From: a virus
Length of the DNA: 64,000 bases
Reading direction: 5' to 3' (one strand)
Virus record (IMG/VR): IMGVR_UViG_3300044684_000278
Coordinates: 64,001-128,000 of that record
The translations under genes and the position numbers were made by a program. Position 1 is the first letter of the stretch. Every line of letters starts with the position of its first letter. This document shows, piece after piece, positions 16,430-23,735 of the stretch. Under the pieces are notes generated by a model. That model worked only from the letters and a program-made list of their open reading frames with translations, had not been told where the DNA came from and made no database searches.

Positions 16430-17629
16430 TTATACCACTGCTCTTGCCTTTTTGATACGTTGAGTGATCACATCACTACCCAGCTTGGACACAATAAGTC
16501 CAGCTATGGTTTCCGGATCACGCTGATACTTGTCATTGAGGTATACAATACCCTTATTGACAAACACCCAGCTTTCACACTCTCCGGTGCGGATTTCCAG
16601 ATCCTCCAGGTTAAGTACAGCCAGACATTTTCTGATCTCTGTCAAATCCCGTATTGTGGTAGGTAAAAACAGCTCATTACTGCCGTTTATCAATTCCACA
16701 AGACTTACAACCAACCCCATATCCAGTAATTTCTTATACCAGGATACAGGAATAGTGATAGCATCAGGACCAGAAAGACACAGTCCGCCCATTCTCTTAA
16801 TAGTAGAAGTGGTAAACTCAACACCCTGCTGGATCAGCTCAGTAAGTGCTTTAATAATACCATCAGTTGGAGTGTAATAACTTTCAATATATCCGTGATC
16901 ATCACTGTTGATCAGGATAGCCTTCAGGATGTCAGCAGGTATTTCTCCCTCTCTTATGAATTGGGTAAGCTGTTCTGCTATTTGATCGTGAGAAGTCAAC
17001 CGGTCCTCGTTGATGTAGATATTATCAAAAGTAATATCAAACATACCCTGGCTGCGGGACTCTCCGTTGTAACATTTAATCCCTTTACGGAATACATTGA
17101 TCGGACCCTGCTGCTCTTTCAGATAAATAGCTCCATACTTGTTATAGTAATCAGGTGTGCGGTTAAAGGAGAAGAAGTTATCAAAGTTATCCATCACTCC
17201 CTGGAGCTCACCATTCATTGGAATATAAATGGTGGTGGATTCAGTGTCAGTGGGCACTGGAGTGTACTTAATAACGTCAATGTTGTGATCTCCCTCATCA
17301 ATGGCATTTGATAAGATCTCTCTTACAGCCATCCAACCAGTCCACTGTGGCCCCATTTCAGAGGTAAGACTGGTACGCAGGCCATCCACAGTGATTACTT
17401 TAACAGGTTTGTCTCTGTGCAGTACAACCTCAAAATCAATTTTGATCTCTTTGTTACCTGAGTAGATAACAGGAGTACAGTCGTTACGTGTCAGCCAGGC
17501 TAATGCATACTTCCATCCAGATCCGAACATACCTATTTTACCGGTCTGTTCTCTTTTGGTAGAGCTACCAATTAGCATTAAGTCTTCTGCTACAATAAGT
17601 CCTTTGTTGGTGATTCTTAAAAAGTTCAT
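16430..17629 (-). CDS. GHKL (HATPase_c) ATPase with permuted motif order
   Basis: ITNKG, IGSSTK, IGMFGSGWK (G boxes) followed by AVREILSNAIDEG (N box). Confidence 0.7.
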   Translation of the reverse strand: MNFLRITNKGLIVAEDLMLIGSSTKREQTGKIGMFGSGWKYALAWLTRNDCTPVIYSGNKEIKIDFEVVLHRDKPVKVITVDGLRTSLTSEMGPQWTGWMAVREILSNAIDEGDHNIDVIKYTPVPTDTESTTIYIPMNGELQGVMDNFDNFFSFNRTPDYYNKYGAIYLKEQQGPINVFRKGIKCYNGESRSQGMFDITFDNIYINEDRLTSHDQIAEQLTQFIREGEIPADILKAILINSDDHGYIESYYTPTDGIIKALTELIQQGVEFTTSTIKRMGGLCLSGPDAITIPVSWYKKLLDMGLVVSLVELINGSNELFLPTTIRDLTEIRKCLAVLNLEDLEIRTGECESWVFVNKGIVYLNDKYQRDPETIAGLIVSKLGSDVITQRIKKARAVV

Positions 17630-17728
17630 GTTTTAATGTGTTTATGAGTTTGAGCGGTGCTATGACCCTAAACCTGGTGGAAACCAGACCTAACAGCAGC
17701 TTATAGCCCTGTTATGCACTCCTGTAAT

Positions 17729-17755
17729 GAAAAAGCCAGAGAATTAACTCTGGCC
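17729..17755 (-). terminator. putative intrinsic terminator
   Basis: GCCAGAG/CTCTGGC stem then T5 on minus strand. Confidence 0.6.
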
Positions 17756-17819
17756 GTGGATCCTTTCTTACTCCAGGATATAGAGCTATACAGAGGAATC
17801 AATCCCCTGTATAGAGTAA

Positions 17820-18035
17820 TTACTCCTTACACTGTATAATAATAACAGGAGGCATTGCTTCACCCTGTGCAGTGTAATAAAATCCTTTAGAGAGACAATC
17901 CAGATGAACTGGTATTGCTTGCATATTGTTGCCATCCTGTGTACCTGCTATTGGTATCAGTACAGAATCAGTTTCTGATCTGCTACCACAAACAGGACAG
18001 TTTTTGTGGTCTTGAGGAAAAGGGAATACTTTCAT
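17820..18035 (-). CDS. small Zn-finger-like protein
   Basis: CPVC...HLDC motifs. Confidence 0.65.
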   Translation of the reverse strand: MKVFPFPQDHKNCPVCGSRSETDSVLIPIAGTQDGNNMQAIPVHLDCLSKGFYYTAQGEAMPPVIIIQCKE

Positions 18036-18258
18036 AGTTATAGCTATTTAATCCAGTTGTGAGAGATGATATATGATGGTTTGAGTGGTTTCTGAGGGAG
18101 AGAGAAAGTGTGTGTGAGATATCTCCTCATGACACAGACACACACAAATCCCAAATAAATTCCAGTACTTAGTGTACTGAATCCACTAAGAAATGATTTA
18201 TCATCCCATCTGAGTATCAGATAGTTATAACAAATCATTCCCGAGCGGATAGTTTTAC

Positions 18259-18546
18259 TTAGTGTGATGAGTCTTCATCAGCAACTTTTTGATCAACTTC
18301 TTCTTTCATACCAGGTACGGTATCATGGATGTGTTTGATCAGCACATCATTGGTCGTAATGAGCATGTCCAGCTCACCAGTAATAGCATCAAACATTTTC
18401 TTTTCCTCTTCTGATACAGTAGGAGGACAGGTGATTCCTGCTCTGAGCATCTGCAATGCTTCCTGGTTTGCTTCCAGAGAAGTATACAATGCTTCAATTA
18501 AACCAGCTACTACGGCTGCACTGTGTTGGGTTTCTGTCTGTGACAT
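18259..18546 (-). CDS. hypothetical helical protein
   Basis: 95 aa ORF. Confidence 0.65.
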   Translation of the reverse strand: MSQTETQHSAAVVAGLIEALYTSLEANQEALQMLRAGITCPPTVSEEEKKMFDAITGELDMLITTNDVLIKHIHDTVPGMKEEVDQKVADEDSSH

Positions 18547-18676
18547 GGATATATGGATTAATGAATAAGCATGATAGTTTTAAGTAGCTCACTGGTGGAC
18601 CCCCAACTATACTATAGTATATAAAACATTGGTATAGTTAGTGGCTCATATATGAGCTACTTAAAATGATGAGTGG

Positions 18677-19009
18677 TTAGATCCTCTTGATCACAATGGC
18701 ACGTTTATAATCAGTATAGCCCCTTACCGTGTCCCTGTACTCAATGAGAATAGTCGTATCATGAGTTACTTCACAAGGCTCACAGAGTTTATACTCACCA
18801 TCATAAGAATGAGATCCCCTGCTCAGCATGATCGTGTCACCCTTATCTAAACTCTCATCACCAGCATTAAAAGTCATGACAGTGTTGTCCTTCATCTTAA
18901 GCTTTACTTTGTTATTACTGCAAGAGGCAAGTGATGCCAGCATACCCATTAACAGTACCCAGAATACAATCCTGGCTACAGTACGGTCTGATAATTCTGT
19001 TTGTTTCAT
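18677..19009 (-). CDS. putative lipoprotein
   Basis: hydrophobic signal ending in lipobox LASC. Confidence 0.65.
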   Translation of the reverse strand: MKQTELSDRTVARIVFWVLLMGMLASLASCSNNKVKLKMKDNTVMTFNAGDESLDKGDTIMLSRGSHSYDGEYKLCEPCEVTHDTTILIEYRDTVRGYTDYKRAIVIKRI

Positions 19010-19139
19010 GGTCGGTTTATTGTGGATGGTTTAAAAATCTATTCATGACTAATCTGCTGATGGGTGATACATGATCCCACCAGCAGATTTAGTTTACTGA
19101 TTGATGATAATGACTTGACTGAAAAAAGCAAATGGACTA

Positions 19140-19442
19140 TTATATAGTCCAGATGCTTTTACGTTTAGAAGGATCCTGAATCCAGTAAGCCTGGTCACGC
19201 TCTGACCATTGAAGCTGCATTCCGGGCTTCACACGCAGTGTTTCATCATCAACGGGCTCAATGACCTCATCCATGGTCTTCTGGAAGAATGTTACGATTC
19301 TGCCATCAGACAGTTTAGCCTTGAAGCCCACGTTGCCATTCTGGAATGGCTGAGCTTTAACATCAGATACTTTGAATGATAGGTCTGCCAGTTGTTTCAG
19401 AGCTTCTGCTCCAGCTGCTTTAAGAAATTCTAATGCTTTCAT
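19140..19442 (-). CDS. hypothetical protein, first gene of the leftward block
   Basis: Likely start MKALEFLK (19442) after an A-rich start region. Confidence 0.7.
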   Translation of the reverse strand: MKALEFLKAAGAEALKQLADLSFKVSDVKAQPFQNGNVGFKAKLSDGRIVTFFQKTMDEVIEPVDDETLRVKPGMQLQWSERDQAYWIQDPSKRKSIWTI

Positions 19443-19635
19443 TTTTAAGATTTTTAAGATTATGATGGGGGTAACCCCCTTGCCAGGATGAAGGCGGGGG
19501 TGGTTTGGTGGGCACTCCATCACACATCACAACACAGATCCAAAAAATATGGGGGAAAAAAATTTGCAGAAGTGGTTTCACTATGCCTATATTAGCCTAT
19601 GTCGGACGGCAATTCACAACTCTTGACTTCTTACC

Positions 19636-19673
19636 AGACCCGGAGAGATATAACTTCACCGGGTTTCTTTTTT
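19636..19673 (+). terminator. putative intrinsic terminator
   Basis: ACCCGG...CCGGGT then TTCTTTTTT. Confidence 0.55.
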
Positions 19674-19775
19674 AAGCAAATCCCCTTATCTCCCAGGCTT
19701 TAACACGTAAAGTATTTACCAGATCCCGTATATTTAACCTTCATCACTTTCTTTGCACCCATAAACCAACGTACT

Positions 19776-20414
19776 ATGAACAAAGTGAGCAAGGACTACT
19801 ATGCTCTGAATCTGACAGACAAGCAGACAGACCGTCTGATCACAAAAGTAGAAGCAGACATCACAATACTCATGCAGGAGATCTCCACAAAGACCGGCCC
19901 ACTCCGGGAGGCAGAGCAGTATTACATGGAATTAAAGCGGGAACATGATGCTATCCAGGATGAGCTCAATGACTCCAAATCCTTACTGGAGGCTCTGACC
20001 CGGTTCAAGACCAATGCCAGGGGAAGTAAGGAGATCCGGGTGTTGAGAACTACTTCCGTGACGGAGAGCAAAGAGAAAAAACGCAGGCATTTCAAGTGGA
20101 TCCAGATGGCTATAGAAGTGCTGACCAAAGAAGACAAGTACATGAGCCATGAAGAGCTCTGGAAGAAAATGCTCACATCCTTCCCGGAGATTGAGAAAGC
20201 CTTTAACGGGGACAAGCAGAAACTCAACCAGGTAAAGAACACCACCTTCCATAATTTCAACAGGGCCTGTGAGGAATCCAGGAAGAATAACTCCGGGAAG
20301 CTAATTGACTACCAGAAGAAGATCGGACTCTTTGGCTGGACCCTGGATAACCTGGCTCCGGATCCCCAGCACATTAAAGAGTTCATGCACGGAGGTATGA
20401 GAGCAGCCGTGTAA
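19776..20414 (+). CDS. coiled-coil plus winged-HTH-like protein
   Basis: N-terminal heptads; WIQMAIEVLTKEDKYMSHEELWKKM resembles HARE-HTH/wHTH helices. Confidence 0.6.
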   Translation: MNKVSKDYYALNLTDKQTDRLITKVEADITILMQEISTKTGPLREAEQYYMELKREHDAIQDELNDSKSLLEALTRFKTNARGSKEIRVLRTTSVTESKEKKRRHFKWIQMAIEVLTKEDKYMSHEELWKKMLTSFPEIEKAFNGDKQKLNQVKNTTFHNFNRACEESRKNNSGKLIDYQKKIGLFGWTLDNLAPDPQHIKEFMHGGMRAAV

Positions 20415-20442
20415 AAAATACTTTGCAGTTCCTAAACTTTTT

Positions 20443-20459
20443 AGTATATTATTAGTAGG
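20443..20459 (+). promoter_or_regulatory. putative phage late promoter motif
   Basis: AGTATATTATTAGTAGG; related intergenic copies at 22950, 32685, 39627, 48053, 53547. Confidence 0.55.
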
Positions 20460-20520
20460 ATCAGTAAGCAATGGAGCTTCTGATTATTGCAGCAGGAACT
20501 GGCTAAGCAGTTTACACGTT

Positions 20521-21012
20521 ATGAAAACTACAGAATTAACAGGATACCGTATCCTGTCTTTCGTAGATCCACAATCAGGATCTTCTGAGAATATCTCAAA
20601 CTTTCGGCCTTATGCAATCCAAAGGGATTCAGATGGTGAGATCTTCACAATAGGTGACAGGTTCATTAACAAAAATGTGAAGCCTGGAACAAAGGCTCCT
20701 CATGGAGAGATTACCGGGTTTGAACTGCTGGAAGGCACAGTATTCATTAGACATACCTGGTCAGGAATAGGATTTTCTTTGAACAGTATAGAAAAAGACA
20801 TCACCCTTCCCTCCAGGTTTCAGATTAATGACAAGGTTGTCTTTATCATACAGGGAAAGGATTCCAATTTTGGCTGTTTTGATGCAGTAGTAAAAGGGGT
20901 TCATTTCTATAAAGGAAAAGTAAAGTATGACCTGGAACTGCAGTTTGGACAAGACGATTTCACCAGGATCTATAATATTGATTCCTGTTTTGTGGAGCCT
21001 ATAAAAAATTAA
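20521..21012 (+). CDS. hypothetical protein
   Basis: 163 aa, RDSDGEIFTIGD and FQINDKV SH3-like modules. Confidence 0.75.
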   Translation: MKTTELTGYRILSFVDPQSGSSENISNFRPYAIQRDSDGEIFTIGDRFINKNVKPGTKAPHGEITGFELLEGTVFIRHTWSGIGFSLNSIEKDITLPSRFQINDKVVFIIQGKDSNFGCFDAVVKGVHFYKGKVKYDLELQFGQDDFTRIYNIDSCFVEPIKN

Positions 21013-21055
21013 TACAGTCCCTGGAATTTTCTAAAATAATTAGCATATTTGCATC

Positions 21056-21133
21056 ATGATTTTTAACAACCCATTTCATCAGCAGCCCAACTTCTGGAAT
21101 CCCTTCCAGGGGCCTGGAGATGGTATGTGGTAA
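21056..21133 (+). CDS. putative attenuator leader peptide (25 aa)
   Basis: MIFNNPFHQQPNFWNPFQGPGDGMW; starts 4 nt after a CATATTTG (-7-box-like) element, so possibly leaderless. Confidence 0.7.
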   Translation: MIFNNPFHQQPNFWNPFQGPGDGMW

Positions 21134-21162
21134 TCAAGACAAATAAACATATTCATTAACTG

Positions 21163-21196
21163 AGCTCCTGGAATGCAAACCCCCAGGAGCTTTTTT
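21163..21196 (+). terminator. intrinsic terminator (attenuator) in front of the tRNA cluster
   Basis: AGCTCCTGG/CCAGGAGCT 9-bp stem followed by a T-tract, ending 5 nt before tRNA-Pro. Confidence 0.85.
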
Positions 21197-21201
21197 ATTT
21201 T

Positions 21202-21274
21202 CTGGATGTAGTGAAGTTGGTATCATGCCTGGTTTGGGACCAGGAGACCGCAAGTTCGAGTCTTGCCATCCAGA
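21202..21274 (+). tRNA. tRNA-Pro(UGG)
   Basis: CTGGATG/CATCCAG acceptor, CCTGG-TTTGGGA-CCAGG, GCAAG-TTCGAGT-CTTGC. Confidence 0.92.
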
Positions 21275-21281
21275 CTATTAC

Positions 21282-21356
21282 GGGACCTTAGCTCAGAGGT
21301 AGAGCAGCACCCTGTTAAGGTGATGGTCACAGGTTCAATCCCTGTAGGTCCCGCCA
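21282..21356 (+). tRNA. tRNA-Asn(GUU)
   Basis: GGGACCT/AGGTCCC acceptor, loop CTGTTAA, encoded CCA. Confidence 0.92.
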
Positions 21357-21359
21357 TAT

Positions 21360-21431
21360 TTTCCTGTAGTGTAGCTGGCAACACAAGAGATTTTGGCTCT
21401 CTTATCACTGGTTCGAACCCAGTCAGGAAAT
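21360..21431 (+). tRNA. tRNA-Gln(UUG)
   Basis: TTTCCTG/CAGGAAA acceptor, AGAGA-TTTTGGC-TCTCT, ACTGG-TTCGAAC-CCAGT. Confidence 0.9.
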
Positions 21432-21433
21432 CT

Positions 21434-21509
21434 GTGTCTGTAGCTTAATTGGTAGAGCACTGGTTTGTGGCACCAGCAGGTACGGGTTCAACTCCCGTCA
21501 GACACCCCA
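21434..21509 (+). tRNA. tRNA-His(GUG), no encoded G-1
   Basis: GTGTCTG/CAGACAC acceptor, C73, CCA, CTGGT-TTGTGGC-ACCAG. Confidence 0.92.
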
Positions 21510-21510
21510 T

Positions 21511-21583
21511 ATCCGTGTAGCTCAATTGGTAGAGCAGCGGTCTCCAAAACCGTGTGTTGGTGGTTCGAATCCATCCATGGGTG
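21511..21583 (+). tRNA. tRNA-Trp(CCA)
   Basis: ATCCGTG/CATGGGT acceptor, GCGGT-CTCCAAA-ACCGT. Confidence 0.9.
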
Positions 21584-21588
21584 CATCA

Positions 21589-21659
21589 GCCTTCTTCGTC
21601 CAATGGTAGGACTACGCACTTGTAATGCGTGTATGCTGGTTCGAGTCCGGCAGAAGGCT
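21589..21659 (+). tRNA. tRNA-Thr(UGU)
   Basis: GCCTTCT/AGAAGGC acceptor, ACGCA-CTTGTAA-TGCGT. Confidence 0.9.
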
Positions 21660-21714
21660 CCTTGATTATTCCAGGGACATGTTTTACTTTTACGCCCGTA
21701 AACCTAACGGTCCC

Positions 21715-22164
21715 ATGAAAACGAAAATCATCCTGCTGCTTTCCCTGCTGTTTATCTCCCTGAGTTCTTACTGCCAGCTTTCCAACCTTACAGATCCGAT
21801 CCGTAAAGATGAAGCTTATTGCCGGGCCCTCATGAAAAATGAAAAGGCTGCCTGGGAGGACTATGGTGAATCAGGAAAGACCGTCCATTATTCCTATCCG
21901 GATTACCTGATCACATTTACCTTCATCAAGAACCGGTGCGTTAATGTGCGCATTGACTTCGTGGTGAACGAAGATGTTGTGGATAAAACCATGTATCATT
22001 GGCTTTATGAAAAAAACTATGAGTCAGCCTTTGGCGGAACTTTGTGGGGCAAGATGCTGCCACAGCCTGGAAGATCAGATGCTTCATTTCCAGTAGCCGT
22101 ACAAAAACTGGACAAGTCCTCCTGGTGGCTTTATGACGTGCTGTACTATTCAGACAGTCACTAA
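21715..22164 (+). CDS. secreted/periplasmic protein
   Basis: Start moved to MKTKIILLLSLLFISLSSYCQ (signal peptide); the longer ORF overlaps tRNA-Thr. Confidence 0.7.
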   Translation: MKTKIILLLSLLFISLSSYCQLSNLTDPIRKDEAYCRALMKNEKAAWEDYGESGKTVHYSYPDYLITFTFIKNRCVNVRIDFVVNEDVVDKTMYHWLYEKNYESAFGGTLWGKMLPQPGRSDASFPVAVQKLDKSSWWLYDVLYYSDSH

Positions 22165-22667
22165 TGGGGCTTAGGCAACTTCCCGGTTATAATAGCTTCA
22201 ATGATACCCTGTTCCGTTTTGACCAGGTAGTCATACATGATCACATTGAGCTTATTGAGTTCCTTATTAGTCCTTTTTAATCCCTCGATCACCAGCTGCT
22301 GTTCTCCAATACTTTGCCTCATCGTTATATAAGTCTGCAGGAATGCATATGCACTTACAGGCTGGAAATGCCCGTCCTTAGCCAGCCGCACCATCTCCTG
22401 GATCCAGGGGGTCTCATCATACGTCAACGGGTTCACCAGGTCTATCTGGAACACCAGGTTGAATTTCTCTATAAAAGTTTCACTGATTTTTTTTGTCCCA
22501 CTCATGTAAGCTGCCAAGGTTGAAGCCGATACACCTACTTTTTTTGCTATGTCTGCATTATTGCGAGCTTTCTTTTTGCGGATCAGGAAATCAACAGCCT
22601 GAGTAAGAGCTTCATGGGAGTGTACCTTGAACAGCTGGTGGTACGTTTTCACTACTTTGTCTGTCAC
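22161..22667 (-). CDS. XRE-family HTH transcriptional regulator
   Basis: NNADIAKKVGVSASTLAAYMSGTKKIS; C-terminal coiled coil; TATATTTG promoter box at 22706-22713 (minus). Confidence 0.8.
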   Translation of the reverse strand: MTDKVVKTYHQLFKVHSHEALTQAVDFLIRKKKARNNADIAKKVGVSASTLAAYMSGTKKISETFIEKFNLVFQIDLVNPLTYDETPWIQEMVRLAKDGHFQPVSAYAFLQTYITMRQSIGEQQLVIEGLKRTNKELNKLNVIMYDYLVKTEQGIIEAIITGKLPKPH

Positions 22668-22923
22668 GGGTTACTTATTCTTTTGAGGTTTGATACAATT
22701 GTTACCAAATATACCGCTCTCCAAAACCAGTTCTACAGCAATAACAAATCTTTTAATCTGCTTTTAACCCTACCTACTTAGTAAATAATTTACCAACCTC
22801 ATTTTGTGTTCCCCATAACAATCTCTACAGCATACTTTTGCACTGCCTCGTGAAAACCAGTATTCCTATGGGACTTATAGACACTGTAGAATAAGTAGAG
22901 TTGCAACCTACCTAATTCTCTAA

Positions 22924-22967
22924 TAAATTTGTAGAGTTTAAACTTTATAAGTATATTATAGTGTAGG
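22924..22967 (+). promoter_or_regulatory. composite promoter of the late region
   Basis: TAAATTTGTAGAGTTTAAA...AGTATATTATAGTGTAGG, closely repeated at 32664-32701. Confidence 0.6.
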
Positions 22968-22990
22968 GAGTCCCCCTAAAACCAACTAAC

Positions 22991-23428
22991 ATGACAAAAC
23001 AATCCGTACCCACTGAAGCTCCCTCAAGGGAGGATAAGATCACAGCTTTGAAAGAGCAGATCGAGCTAAAAGAATACCAGGTGAAACTGCAGGAGCTTAA
23101 CACCAAGCTGGCTGTTTTCCGTGCAGATGAACTGGAAGCCTTTGCTAAAATTGCCCACTATTCCAAAAGTGCCCAGCCGGGACAGGGTGACGTGGTAGAA
23201 CATACCGTCACAGAAGCAGACCTCCAGAACAACCCTGAGATGATCGAGATGGGCATCAAAGTGGGTGACAGGATAGGCATACCTACTGCAGCCTATGACG
23301 CTTTCCTGAATAAAGTTGACCAGACAGGTCAGGACCTCCAAAAAGAATACATCAGTGAAGAAGCCAAAGCCGAAGCCACTGAAAAAGTTGAGGCCACTGA
23401 GCGCAAGCTGAAGGTGGTCAAAGACTAA
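22991..23428 (+). CDS. hypothetical protein
   Basis: 145 aa, coiled coil plus HTVTEADLQNNPEM..GIKVGD.I motif. Confidence 0.8.
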   Translation: MTKQSVPTEAPSREDKITALKEQIELKEYQVKLQELNTKLAVFRADELEAFAKIAHYSKSAQPGQGDVVEHTVTEADLQNNPEMIEMGIKVGDRIGIPTAAYDAFLNKVDQTGQDLQKEYISEEAKAEATEKVEATERKLKVVKD

Positions 23429-23525
23429 AGAGCTTTCCCGGAGCCAGGGGGAAACAACCAACTGAGCATGTTTAAAGGAGTTAAGGATTAAACAGATACT
23501 TATCTCCTGGTTACCGGGAAAATAC

Positions 23526-23681
23526 TGTAGGGTGGTGAAATTGGCAGACACACCGGATTGTCTATCCGGCATTTGATACACAGTGCGTTCTTTAAAAGCT
23601 ATCATCCATTAATATGCATTTGTTGTTTTATTCCCTCTCCCTGTATCAAATATGCTGGTTCGAGTCCAGCCCCTACAGCCA
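23526..23681 (+). ncRNA. 156-nt tRNA-like RNA with giant variable arm (nominal anticodon GUC)
   Basis: TGTAGGG/CCCTACA acceptor then G-CCA, class II-type D-arm GTGAAATTGGCAGACAC, CCGGA-TTGTCTA-TCCGG, 10-bp variable stem ATTTGATACA/TGTATCAAAT closing 61 nt, GCTGG-TTCGAGT-CCAGC. Confidence 0.85.
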
Positions 23682-23735
23682 AAGCGGATCAAACGTGTAG
23701 TAACCGCAGGAGTCCGGACTCCACTACACTCAAAT

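Noticed and set aside
21223-21665. ORF-track ORFs over the tRNA cluster, and 23609..23818
   Set aside because: They overlap clear tRNA cloverleaves and are shadow frames.
23468-23491. 7-codon ORF MFKGVKD as a second attenuator leader
   Set aside because: No T-tract terminator follows and there is no convincing codon enrichment.
23526-23681. tmRNA, tRNA-Sec or group I intron reading of the giant tRNA-like RNA
   Set aside because: No G3-U70, a full D-arm, no UCA anticodon, and the insert is far too short for a self-splicing intron.
23684-23730. Canonical theta/HDV, twister or hammerhead ribozyme
   Set aside because: Required catalytic core elements are not visible; kept only as a structured spacer.
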